Source: an uncultured Gemmatimonadaceae bacterium
GTDB lineage: Bacteria; Gemmatimonadota; Gemmatimonadetes; Gemmatimonadales; Gemmatimonadaceae
Assembly: GCA_963817955.1 (NCBI GenBank)
Contig: CAWFQK010000001.1
Location: forward strand, 64,001 to 128,000
DNA length: 64,000 bases
Direction of reading: 5' to 3'
The translations under genes and the position numbers were made by a program. A model generated the notes under the pieces. That model saw only the letters and a program-made list of their open reading frames with translations. It did not search any database and had not been told where the DNA came from. Numbering within the stretch: position 1 is the first letter of the stretch; every line of letters starts with the position of its first letter. Of the stretch, positions 1 through 9,746 are shown one piece after another.

Positions 1-57
1 TTCCTTGAGTCGCAAGTAGAGGGCGTCGGGCATCCCCTTTATGGTCAGGGTCGGCAT
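1..57 (-). CDS. 5' end of a FitA/Arc-like ribbon-helix-helix antitoxin or DNA-binding protein (truncated by window edge)
   Basis: Reverse complement from ATG at 57 reads MPTLTIKGMPDALYLRLKE, a typical RHH N-terminus (alternating beta strand, then helix). It runs off the window start. Confidence 0.7.
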   Translation of the reverse strand, partial: MPTLTIKGMPDALYLRLKE

Positions 58-75
58 GTGGTCTCGGCAGAGAAA

Positions 76-97
76 TCCATTGTGGTACCACTCTGGA
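76..97. promoter_or_regulatory. Palindromic candidate operator upstream of the RHH gene
   Basis: TCCA-TT-GTGGTACCAC-TC-TGGA: perfect 10-bp core palindrome with matching outer arms, about 20 nt upstream of the RHH start codon. Confidence 0.45.
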
Positions 98-694
98 GCC
101 TATCATTGGTGGCAGTCGATGGCCAAGGACCAGTAGACGCCCTCAGCGACCTCCGCCGTAACAGCCTTCTTCGCCGTCGCGGCAACCAGCTTTCGACAGT
201 CCCAGGAACCCATCAATTTGCCCACTCATTTCCGCGATGGCCCAAAAATAGGCACACGGCACGAAGTTCGCAGCGCCGGGTATCAAGGGAAAGGGAGAAT
301 CCAGGGTTGCGCCAGACGCGATAGTTGGCGATACTCTTGGCGTACCGCCGGTACGACCGCGACGTCGTCCCTCCGGCCCGCACACCCAGGGTCCCGGGTC
401 GCTTGCTGATTGAGCAACCAGGGTTGGGCGTCGAGAGCCGCGCCGTAGCGCCAGCATCGTTGAATTCGCGTGAGGTGTCCGCGCGCCGACGATTCCGACA
501 GCAGAACATACGTCGCGTCGATTTTTTTATCCGTCATTGATCGCGTTTCTTCGCCCGCAGAGCGTTAGCCGCGAGCGATCCCGACGAGCGTAGTCCATGA
601 GTGCGCACATGCGTTGGACACGACTCGAGCAGAGGCAGGGCCCGCGCAGCGCGGGCGCATCCGAAACAGATTCACCTTTTTACCCAACAGTAGC

Positions 695-2401
695 ATGAAC
701 GAACGTCGACGCCCCCCTCGTCGTGGACGCGGGCAACGTCCGCCTCGCTCCAATGGAGAGGCTGGTGACAACCCGTATCGCGAGGAAACGGAGGGTGCCG
801 GTGGCGGCGAGGCTGTAGCCGAGCGCGTCACTCAGACCGAAGCGGAACCGGATTCTGCACCGAAAGCAGAGCGGTACGCACCCGCCGAAGCGCCACTGCC
901 TGAGGCGACGGAGAGCCGAGACGAGCCGCGCACCCGTCCTAACCGCGACGAGAACGGAGCGGATTCCGGAACCAACACCAGAGCCGACGGCGGCGAAACT
1001 TCCCCCGTTGGTCAGAGTCAGTCGACGCCCGTTGCCCCACGCGACCGCGCTGAACGACTGGACCGCGGGGACCGCGGAGATCGCGGAGACCGCGGAGATC
1101 GCGGAGACCGCGGAGACCGCGGAGATCGCGGAGACCGTGGAGATCGCGGAGACCGCGGAGATCGTGGAGACCGGGGCGACGGACGCAATGGACGCCGTCA
1201 TCGTCGCGGTCGTGGACGCGGTGGTCCGCGCACCAGAGAGGCGGTTCAGCCGCAGGCGCCGCAACAGACCGTCCAGATCACCGCAACAGGTGAGATGCGC
1301 GGCTGGTTCGAGGGCGCCCGCGACGCCGGCTTCATTCGCCGGCCGGGCAATAGTTATCTCGCCGACGCCGGCGATGCGTACGTTCCACCCCAGATCGTCC
1401 GCCAGTACGCGCTCCGTCGCGCCGATCTCATTGACGCGACCATCGGCATTGATCCGCGTGGCCGGCCAACCGTGGTCGAGATCCGTTCGATCAACGATGT
1501 CGATCCGGAGCTCGCAGCCAAACGTCCGGACTTCAACTCGCTCCCGGCATCCTACCCCGAGCGTAAGCTGTACATGGAGACGGGACGTCCCGCCAAAGGC
1601 GGCCCGGAACTCACGCGCCGCGCCATCGACCTCATCGCGCCAATCGGATATGGCCAGCGGGCGCTGATCGTCGCGCCAGCCCGTGCCGGCAAGACCACCA
1701 TATTGCACGCCATCACAGAAGGCGTCGCGATCAACCATCCCAACGCAACGCTGCTCATTCTGCTCGTCGACGAGCGTCCTGAGGAAGTCAGCGAGGCCAT
1801 CTCGTGGGGTGTCGGCGAGGTTGTGTCATCAAGCTTCGACCAGCCAGCCCAGCGTCATGTGGAAGTGACGGAAATGGTGCTCAACCGTGCTCACCGTCTC
1901 GTGGAGATGGGCAAGGACGTGGTCATCGTACTCGACTCGCTCACCCGCATGGCCCGCGCGCACAACACGGCGGAACGCGGCACGGGGCGCACCCTCTCGG
2001 GCGGCCTCGATGCGACGGCAATGGCGAAGCCAAAGGCGTTCTTTGGATCCGCTCGCTCCATTCCCGATTCATCGGGTGGTGGTTCCCTCACGATCATCGC
2101 CACGGCGCTCGTCGAAACCGGCTCGCGCATGGATGACGTAATCTTCGAAGAGTTCAAGGGCACCGGGAACTGCGAGATAAAGCTCGATCGTGGCCTGGCG
2201 GAAAAGCGCATCTATCCGGCGATCGACATCGGGACGAGCGGCACGCGTCGCGAAGAGAAGCTCTTTCGCCCCGACCAGATCGACAGTGTCTTCACGCTCC
2301 GCCGCGGCCTGAGCCAGATGCCGCCGCAATCGGCAATGGAGTGGTTGATCAAGCGGATCGCGGCGACGCCGAGCAATGACGCCCTCCTGGCAGGTTTGTA
2401 G
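695..2401 (+). CDS. rho: Transcription termination factor Rho with long low-complexity N-terminal extension
   Basis: ORF 614..2401, probable ATG at 695. Motifs: DLIAPIGYGQR, Walker A APARAGKT, LLVDERPEEV, LDSLTR, GRTLSGGLD, TALVETGSRMDDVIFEEFKGTGN, SGTRREE. Confidence 0.97.
   Translation: MNERRRPPRRGRGQRPPRSNGEAGDNPYREETEGAGGGEAVAERVTQTEAEPDSAPKAERYAPAEAPLPEATESRDEPRTRPNRDENGADSGTNTRADGGETSPVGQSQSTPVAPRDRAERLDRGDRGDRGDRGDRGDRGDRGDRGDRGDRGDRGDRGDRGDGRNGRRHRRGRGRGGPRTREAVQPQAPQQTVQITATGEMRGWFEGARDAGFIRRPGNSYLADAGDAYVPPQIVRQYALRRADLIDATIGIDPRGRPTVVEIRSINDVDPELAAKRPDFNSLPASYPERKLYMETGRPAKGGPELTRRAIDLIAPIGYGQRALIVAPARAGKTTILHAITEGVAINHPNATLLILLVDERPEEVSEAISWGVGEVVSSSFDQPAQRHVEVTEMVLNRAHRLVEMGKDVVIVLDSLTRMARAHNTAERGTGRTLSGGLDATAMAKPKAFFGSARSIPDSSGGGSLTIIATALVETGSRMDDVIFEEFKGTGNCEIKLDRGLAEKRIYPAIDIGTSGTRREEKLFRPDQIDSVFTLRRGLSQMPPQSAMEWLIKRIAATPSNDALLAGL
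1061..1177 (+). repeat. In-frame 9-bp tandem repeat (GAYCGNGGN x13) encoding (DRG)13 within rho
   Basis: 13 consecutive units counted directly, e.g. gaccgcgga / gatcgcgga / gaccgtgga. Confidence 0.97.
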
Positions 2402-2509
2402 ACATCGGGTATAAGGCAAACTCTTCTGGCCTTGGGCGGCCGGCCGAGTCAGCCATTCCCCGCCTGTAGCGACCAAGCGGTCTAGGCCTTGCTGGTTCGC
2501 GGCAGCGCC

Positions 2510-4741
2510 ATGCGCTGCCCACTACTCATGCGGGCGCTCGTCGCGTGGGTGGGCCTGGCCTGCGTGCCAGCCCTCCATGCCCAGAGCGGCCATAGTCAAA
2601 ACGAATCACCCGACGTTCGAAAGCTCACCCTGGCCGGGGTCAAACAGGTTGACGTGGTTGACCTCGCCAAGAGCATTTCGACGCAGGCCTCCAGGTGCAG
2701 AAGTCTGCTCCTGGAGCCATTCTGCCTGTTCAGCCACTCGCCCACGTTCGAGGAAAAGCACTACCTGAACCACGACGAGTTGCGACGGGACGTCCTGCGC
2801 ATACGGCTGTACTACTGGAAGCGCGGCTATCGCGAGGCGGAGGCCGATACCAGCGTCGAGCGCATAGGGGAGAACCAGGTCGCCGTCACCTTCAATATCC
2901 GGGAAGGACGGCCAACGCTCGTTCGCAAGATCGCCATTACGTACGACTCGGCGCTGATCAGCCCGAAAGTGCGCGATCGCTTGACGCTGCTGCACGCCAA
3001 CGACCCCCTCGACCTCATCGTGCTCGACTCGATGCGCGTCTTGTTCCAGAACGAGATCTGGGACCAAGGCTTCGGCGACGCGGTCGCCGATACCAGCGTC
3101 ACGATAGACCAACCGGCCTATCTCGCCGACGTCCACCTCACGGTCACACCGAACCGGCGCACCACCATCGGCCGCATCACCGTGAGCGGCAATCAGAAGG
3201 TGGATCTGCAGACCATCAAGACCTTCATCACGTTCACGACCGGCGATCTCTACCGGCAATCGAGCATTCTCGAAAGTCAGCGCAACCTCTACGAGTCGAA
3301 TCTGTTCCGGCTGGCCGCCATCGACGTGCCGCCGCAGTACGACACAGTCAAGAACGTCAACATCGACCTGACGGAGGCGCCGCTGCACGAAGCACGCGTC
3401 GGCCCAGGCCTGACGAACGTCGATTTCGTTCAATTCCAGACCCACTACACCAGCTACAACCTGTTCGGCGGCGCACGGCGGCTCGACGTCGATGGTACGG
3501 TCGGCAACCTGTTCGCGCCGTCGCTGCAGGGGCGGGGCATCTTCCGCAACGTGCGCGCCGACGTTCCGGACAGCAACCTGGCGCCCTATCTACAACCGAC
3601 ATACACCGCCAGCATCGACTTCAAGCAGCCGGCGTTTCTGGGGCGGACGGCCGACCAGGCGGGCATCGGCACGTTCACGCACCGGACGATCAACCCCGGC
3701 GTGTTCATCGACCGCGGCTATGGCGGTCAGGCAACGTTCACACATCTCCTGAGTAGTCGTGCGCCGCTGAGCCTCAACTACCGCTACGAGCTCAACCGCG
3801 TTGACGCCAGCGACGTGTATTTCTGCGTGAACTTCGGTGTGTGCGACCCGCTGACGATCGGCGCGCTGCGCTCGCATCAGTCGTTGTCGCCACTCACGTT
3901 GACGGGCTTCATCGACCGGACGGACCAACCGTTCGAGCCAACAAAGGGCTACGTGGCCCGCCTCGACCTCGAGAATGCGTCGGCATATACGGGTTCCGAC
4001 TACCGGTACAATCGCATCTTCCTGGACGTGTCTGCGTACACGCATCGCAGCCGAACAAAGGACGTTTTCTCGGCGCACCTTCGGGTTGGGTGGGTCCGAG
4101 CGCTGGCGAGCGGCACAGACAGCGGCGTGCTCCATCCGCGAAAACGGTTCTACGCGGGCGGAGCGAACTCCGTGCGCGGCTACGCGGAGAACCAACTCGG
4201 ACCACGCATTCTGACGATCGATGACTCGACGCTCGCGAAAGCGTCGAGCATTGGCGGCGGCGTGTGCGCGCCAACGTTCGACGGAATCAAGTTCTGCGAC
4301 CCCAACTCGCCAGCGCTGGCGCGCAGCGATTTCCTGCCGCAGCCACTCGGCGGCACGTCGCTGCTCGAGGGAGGAATCGAGTATCGATTCCCGCTCGCGC
4401 TGGGACCGACCCTCCGCAATTTCGTCGGCGCGGTGTTCCTCGACGGCGGCATCGTGGGCTCGGCCAACATCCGGGGCCTGCGAACGATCACCAATATCGT
4501 CAAGGGTACGGGCGCCATTACGCCTGGCTTCGGCGTTCGCTACGAATCGGCCGTCGGCCCCATCCGCGTCGATTTCGGCATCAATCCCAACCGCGCCGAA
4601 ATTCTCGGCGTCGTCACCGCGGTGCGTGACAGCACGGGCGTGACGCGGATCGTACCGCTGCCGACACCAAAGCGCTACACGCAAGGCTCGACGCTGCTCA
4701 GTCGTCTGACACTGCACTTCTCGATCGGCGAGGCCTACTGA
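2510..4741 (+). CDS. Omp85 family outer-membrane protein (TamA/BamA-like, POTRA domains plus beta barrel)
   Basis: Signal peptide, POTRA-like segments (YWKRGY, I.I.GN), RFYAGGANSVRGY loop-6 motif, PIRVDFG, C-terminal HFSIGEAY. Directly upstream of a TamB-like gene. Start codon uncertain (2489/2510/2528). Confidence 0.9.
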   Translation: MRCPLLMRALVAWVGLACVPALHAQSGHSQNESPDVRKLTLAGVKQVDVVDLAKSISTQASRCRSLLLEPFCLFSHSPTFEEKHYLNHDELRRDVLRIRLYYWKRGYREAEADTSVERIGENQVAVTFNIREGRPTLVRKIAITYDSALISPKVRDRLTLLHANDPLDLIVLDSMRVLFQNEIWDQGFGDAVADTSVTIDQPAYLADVHLTVTPNRRTTIGRITVSGNQKVDLQTIKTFITFTTGDLYRQSSILESQRNLYESNLFRLAAIDVPPQYDTVKNVNIDLTEAPLHEARVGPGLTNVDFVQFQTHYTSYNLFGGARRLDVDGTVGNLFAPSLQGRGIFRNVRADVPDSNLAPYLQPTYTASIDFKQPAFLGRTADQAGIGTFTHRTINPGVFIDRGYGGQATFTHLLSSRAPLSLNYRYELNRVDASDVYFCVNFGVCDPLTIGALRSHQSLSPLTLTGFIDRTDQPFEPTKGYVARLDLENASAYTGSDYRYNRIFLDVSAYTHRSRTKDVFSAHLRVGWVRALASGTDSGVLHPRKRFYAGGANSVRGYAENQLGPRILTIDDSTLAKASSIGGGVCAPTFDGIKFCDPNSPALARSDFLPQPLGGTSLLEGGIEYRFPLALGPTLRNFVGAVFLDGGIVGSANIRGLRTITNIVKGTGAITPGFGVRYESAVGPIRVDFGINPNRAEILGVVTAVRDSTGVTRIVPLPTPKRYTQGSTLLSRLTLHFSIGEAY

Positions 4742-7700
4742 TGGCGGAGCGGGGCCCGTCCGGCGCACCGGAAGATTTGCCCACACCAGGCAAACACGAC
4801 CGGAATCGCGTCGTGGCCCCTCACCAGAATCCGGAGGCGCTGCACTGGACGCGCGGCATCGTCGTGGGCGTGTCCATGATTGCAGGGTTCATTCTGCTCG
4901 CGATGGGCGTCGTGCTCGTGCTCACCGGTACCGATTGGGGCCGCGAACGCATGCGGCGATTGGCACAGAATAGCCTCAACAGCTATCTCCACGGAACGAC
5001 CAGAATAGGCCGCCTCTCGGGCAACTTGCTCGTCGGCGTGACCGTACACGACTTCGTGATCACGGACAGCGCCGGCAAGCCGTTCATCGCGATCGAGTCG
5101 TTCAGGGCGAACTATTCGATCATGGGGTTGCTACGGAAGCGCGTGTGGATCGATGGTGCGGTGGCCGTACGCCCCCTGGTGGTACTCGACCGACCGGAGG
5201 GCCAGCCGTGGAATTGGCAACGCATCTTCGCGCGCATCACGGCACCAAAGCCACCGACGCAGCGGCCAGGATGGGGCGACTGGATCCGATTCACCAATGC
5301 GACGGTGGTCGACGGTGAGCTCATCGTCCGGACCCCGTGGCGCCCAAGCGAACGTCTCTCGGCGACAGCTCGTGACAGCGTGATTCGCGATGTGCTCGGC
5401 GGCGGCTCGCGGCTTCTGGTGCACCGCGTCACCGGAGGGTTCGAGAAGGTTGTGCAACTCGATTCCATCACGGGGACCATCCCGTTGCTGCGTCTTTCGC
5501 AGCCCGGGCTGAAGGACCGACTGCTCGAGATATCCGCGCTGACCATGACGGCGTACCCGTTCCGTCCGCCTGCCGCGAACGTGCGCGACATGAAGGCCGT
5601 GATTTCCTTCAACAACGACTCGGCGTGGTGGCATGGCGCCTACGTCGCCCTGCCGCAGTCGCGCGCCACCGGCGATGGCAGTTACGCGTTTGCCAGCGGT
5701 GACATGACCTTGACGGTGCACAGCGATCCGGCAGACCTCGGCGACATGCGCTGGGTGTATCCGCGTCTCCTGGCCAATGGTCGCGGCAAGTTCGATTTGC
5801 GGCTCGAGTGGCGCGGAGCCCTCCAGGATTATCAGTTCGCGAACGCCGACATCACCATGGGCCCGTCGCATGTGACGGGTACGTTCGGCATCATGCTCGG
5901 CGACACGATCACCATCCACGACGCCGACCTCCGGTTCGCGGGGCTCGACACGCGAACGCTCGAGCAGCTCATTCCGCACTTTTCGTCGCCCCGCCGCGGC
6001 ACGTTCGCGGGCCACGGGATCGTGCACGGTGGACGGCACGCGCTCGCCGTGAACGGCGATGTGCGTTTCGACGACCAGCGAGCCGGACCGAGCCGTGTCA
6101 TCGCCAACGGCGAGATTGGGTTTCTCGACCAGGGCGGTATTCGCGCGCGCAATCTTCGCTTGCAACTTCTGCCCGTGCAGGTGGACATGGCGCGCACCTG
6201 GATGCCGACGCTGCCGATCAGCGGCGTGGTGTCCGGCGCCGCCACCATCAACGGATCCACCACGACACAACTCGACGTAGCGGCAAACGTGGAGCACCTG
6301 GATCGCGGGGCACGATCCGCACTGGACGGCACGGCGTCAATCCGACTCACCGGTGCCAAGTACTTCGACGTGAACGTCGTCGCTCGGCCAGTGTCGCTGG
6401 TGGAAGTGGGACGATTCGTTCCAGCAGTGGGACTGCAGGGCAACGCGGCTGGACCCGCGCACATTTCGGGGACACTCACCAACCTGCGAGTCGTTGCCAC
6501 GCTCGCACTGCCGGAAGGCGGCCGGTTCGAGACTCGGGGAACGCTCGATCTGGCGAGCCGCGACAAGAGCTACGATTTGACGTCGCGGCTGTACACCGTG
6601 AATCTCCGAACGATCGACGGGAAGGCGCCGGTCACGTCGCTCACCGCGCTCACCACGGTACGCGGCCGCGGCACTCAGCTCGCCACCATGCGCACCGTCA
6701 TCGCCGCCGATCTTTCCACCTCGCGCTGGGATACCGTCGCCGTGGATACCGCCTCCGTGCGCGTGACACTGGCGAACGGGCTTGCGGACGTGCAGCGGCT
6801 GTCCGCCGTCGGCGCACACACCACGGTATCAGCATCGGGAAGCTTCGGGTTGACCCGCGAGCGCAGCGGTCAGCTCACCTATCGCCTCCGTATGGATTCG
6901 CTTGGCGCCTTCAACCGGTGGCTGCCGCGTCTCACGGGAGCCCCGCCGCCCGTGGCGCCACGGCCAATGGTCGTCGCGCGCGCACTCCAGCAGGCCAGGG
7001 CCGACTCCATACGCGTCGCACGCGCCACGGAGATGGGGCGGTTATTGAGCGGCGCACCGGGTCCGCGCCTCGTCGTGCATGCGCCGCAGCCAGTGCCGGC
7101 GGATACCCTCGCGGGATCGATGTACGCGTCGGGTACGCTCAGCGGCAATCTCTACGACTTCGACCTCCGCGGGCGCGCGGGCGGTGACAACGTGGTAGCG
7201 CGCGGAAACTTCATCCGCCACTTCCAGAGCGAATACATCTGGCGCCACGCGCGCACATCTGCTTCGACGCTCGCCGTCGGCCTCGACGCCGACAGCGTCA
7301 GTGCCATGGGGTTTGCGTTCGACACGCTGAACGCGAGACTCACGTACAACTCTCCCGGCGGGCACATGGAGCTCGCCGTGACGCAAGGTGGCAACCGACA
7401 GTACGGAGCGAACGGCGACTACGCGTTCTATCCCGACTACAAGGAATTGCGTTTCGTGGACATGACCTTCCGCTTCGACACGGCCTTGTGGTCCATGCCG
7501 CACCCCGGACTCATCCGGTGGGGAGGGCCTGGCATTCGCGTCACCAATTTCGAGCTGCGCAATCGCGGGAATGGCCGAGTGTACGCGAACGGGTTGCTTC
7601 CGACGACCGGCGTGGCGGATTTCGTTTTCGACGTGGACAACCTGCCCGTCGCCAACATCGTCGACCTCACACAGAGCGACGTCGAGCTGACCGGCACGAT

Positions 7701-9396
7701 GACGCTGCACGGCCAAATGAGCGGCACGTTGAGCGCTCCGTCGTTCAGCGGCGCGTTCGGGCTGGCGCAGGGCACGTACAATAAGGTGCTGGTACCCGAG
7801 CTCCATGGCCGGTTCGGATACGCCGATCGTCTGCTGGTCACGCATATCGACGCGCTTCACGGTAGCGGCCAGCCCATGACCACCATCGATGGACGCATTC
7901 CGATCAATCTCGCATTCACGGGCGTCACCGGCAGCCGTTTACTCCCCAATCCAATAGCGGTGGATCTTGCGGCGGACAGTCTACCGCTCGAGCTCATTCC
8001 GCAGATGACCAGTGTCGTCTCCGAACTTCATGGGCGGGCAGCGGGCAAGATGACGATGCGCGGGACCCTCGAGCGGCCATCACTCGTCGGCGCATTCACG
8101 TGGGCGCAGGGTTCGGTGAAAATCACGTCCACGGGCGCCATGATCGAGAGCGTCGGTGCCACGGTGCGAATGGCCAACGATACCGTCTATGTGGACTCGC
8201 TCGCGGGTTGGGCGAAAGGGCCGGTACGCGTGCGCGGCACGCTGGCAGTCGGCAATTGGCGTGAGCCGTCGTTCAACCTGTTTCTCGTGTCGCAGAACGC
8301 CGAGTTGATCGACAACGACTCGGCGCGCGTACGCATCGACGCCGGGCTCGCGCTGACTGGTCCGTACCGTTCGGCGTACTTGAGCGGAGCCGTCACGATC
8401 ACCCAAGGGGTGATCTACGCCCCCGAGCCGGAGGGACGGCACGTGATTGGCGCCGGCGATCCCGCGCTCTTCAATGTGCTCGATACGGCGACCGCAAGCG
8501 ACCGCCAGCTGTTCCCTCCGACGTCACCATTGCTCGCCAACTTGCGTGTACAGATCGCCCTGAACGTCAACCACGATACGTGGGTACGCAATCGCGAAAC
8601 GAACGTCGAGATCTACACAGACGATCCGATCACCGTGTACGACGAACAGCAGGCGCTCTCGCTGACCGGCGTCATCACGACTGATCGTGGCGAATACGAT
8701 TTCATGAGTAAACGCTTCCAGATAAAACGTGGCTCGGCAACGTTCATCGGCAATCCCGATATGAATCCCACCCTGCAAGTGACTGGCGAGTACCAGGTGC
8801 AGTTGGCGGCGCACGGCGCGGTCAACATTCGCGTGGTGATTGGCGGCACGCTCAGGCGGCCGAAGTTGTCGCTGGAGAGTGACGCTCAGCCGCCGCGGAC
8901 GCAGTCAGAGCTTCTCAGCCTGTTGGCCTTTGGACAGTCCAGCACGTCACTGTTGGCGTTCGGATCGACAAGCATTGCCGGAACGGCAGCGACCTCGGAT
9001 CTGTTCGGCGTGGGTGCGCAGTTCGCCGTGCGCCGCCTGGCCGGCGTCGCGCTCGGCGTAGCGGTTCAGCAAGTCGAGATACAAGCCGGCCGGACGTTCG
9101 GCACCGACGTGTTCGACATCACGCCTGCGGATGTGCCGACGACCAATGCGATCGGCAGTTTCCTCACGCAAACCAAGTTTGAGGCCGGCAAGTACATCAA
9201 CGGCCGCACCTTCGTGAGTGCGCAGGAGCAGGCCGGCCGTCTTGGCGTAGGCATCGAGCACCGCACCGCGGACGGCTGGCATATTCAGACAAGCATCGAG
9301 CCTCGCGTCGTGCTGCTCGAGCCAACATTGAGCAGCCAGCCGTTCCGGACGATGACGACGTACGGTGGGTACGTGATTCGGGAGTGGCGGTTTTAG
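4741..9396 (+). CDS. Translocation and assembly module TamB-like protein
   Basis: 1551 aa, N-terminal TM anchor, long beta-rich repetitive body, DUF490-like C-terminus (GTLRRPKLSLES..P..QSELLSLLAFG; EAGKYI). Coupled to the Omp85 gene by a TGA/ATG overlap. Confidence 0.9.
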   Translation: MAERGPSGAPEDLPTPGKHDRNRVVAPHQNPEALHWTRGIVVGVSMIAGFILLAMGVVLVLTGTDWGRERMRRLAQNSLNSYLHGTTRIGRLSGNLLVGVTVHDFVITDSAGKPFIAIESFRANYSIMGLLRKRVWIDGAVAVRPLVVLDRPEGQPWNWQRIFARITAPKPPTQRPGWGDWIRFTNATVVDGELIVRTPWRPSERLSATARDSVIRDVLGGGSRLLVHRVTGGFEKVVQLDSITGTIPLLRLSQPGLKDRLLEISALTMTAYPFRPPAANVRDMKAVISFNNDSAWWHGAYVALPQSRATGDGSYAFASGDMTLTVHSDPADLGDMRWVYPRLLANGRGKFDLRLEWRGALQDYQFANADITMGPSHVTGTFGIMLGDTITIHDADLRFAGLDTRTLEQLIPHFSSPRRGTFAGHGIVHGGRHALAVNGDVRFDDQRAGPSRVIANGEIGFLDQGGIRARNLRLQLLPVQVDMARTWMPTLPISGVVSGAATINGSTTTQLDVAANVEHLDRGARSALDGTASIRLTGAKYFDVNVVARPVSLVEVGRFVPAVGLQGNAAGPAHISGTLTNLRVVATLALPEGGRFETRGTLDLASRDKSYDLTSRLYTVNLRTIDGKAPVTSLTALTTVRGRGTQLATMRTVIAADLSTSRWDTVAVDTASVRVTLANGLADVQRLSAVGAHTTVSASGSFGLTRERSGQLTYRLRMDSLGAFNRWLPRLTGAPPPVAPRPMVVARALQQARADSIRVARATEMGRLLSGAPGPRLVVHAPQPVPADTLAGSMYASGTLSGNLYDFDLRGRAGGDNVVARGNFIRHFQSEYIWRHARTSASTLAVGLDADSVSAMGFAFDTLNARLTYNSPGGHMELAVTQGGNRQYGANGDYAFYPDYKELRFVDMTFRFDTALWSMPHPGLIRWGGPGIRVTNFELRNRGNGRVYANGLLPTTGVADFVFDVDNLPVANIVDLTQSDVELTGTMTLHGQMSGTLSAPSFSGAFGLAQGTYNKVLVPELHGRFGYADRLLVTHIDALHGSGQPMTTIDGRIPINLAFTGVTGSRLLPNPIAVDLAADSLPLELIPQMTSVVSELHGRAAGKMTMRGTLERPSLVGAFTWAQGSVKITSTGAMIESVGATVRMANDTVYVDSLAGWAKGPVRVRGTLAVGNWREPSFNLFLVSQNAELIDNDSARVRIDAGLALTGPYRSAYLSGAVTITQGVIYAPEPEGRHVIGAGDPALFNVLDTATASDRQLFPPTSPLLANLRVQIALNVNHDTWVRNRETNVEIYTDDPITVYDEQQALSLTGVITTDRGEYDFMSKRFQIKRGSATFIGNPDMNPTLQVTGEYQVQLAAHGAVNIRVVIGGTLRRPKLSLESDAQPPRTQSELLSLLAFGQSSTSLLAFGSTSIAGTAATSDLFGVGAQFAVRRLAGVALGVAVQQVEIQAGRTFGTDVFDITPADVPTTNAIGSFLTQTKFEAGKYINGRTFVSAQEQAGRLGVGIEHRTADGWHIQTSIEPRVVLLEPTLSSQPFRTMTTYGGYVIREWRF

Positions 9397-9744
9397 CGGG
9401 ACACGGGACACGGGACACGAGACACGAGACACGAGAAACTCACCACTCACAACTCACAACTGGAAACTCGAACCTCGCCGACCGGCGATAGTGGCCTGCG
9501 AGCCAGGCGCCCTGGTGCGCATGACCCGTATACTGACAACTGACAACTGACAACTGGCAACTGATCACGGTACCCGCGACGGCCTGTCCTCCTGAGCGAA
9601 GGACCTGGGTGATCGGATTGGACTCCGGGTATTGACCGGCTGGTTGTCGCTGGCTGCTCCGTAGCGGTCAGCCCACCGGTCGGCGAGTTTCGAGTTTCCA
9701 GTTGTGAGTCGTGCGTTGTGAGTTCCCCGTGTCTCGTGTCCCGC
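9396..9744. repeat. Non-coding element with heptamer-repeat inverted arms, between convergent genes
   Basis: Left arm 9396-9485 (gggacac/gagacac/actcaca heptamers, then ctggaaactcgaacctcgccgaccgg) is an imperfect reverse complement of right arm 9676-9744. Internal (actgaca)n tract at about 9532-9566. Confidence 0.9.
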
Positions 9745-9746
9745 CC

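Noticed and set aside
1061..1177. 9-bp repeat as a non-coding array
   Set aside because: It is in frame inside rho and varies only at synonymous positions.
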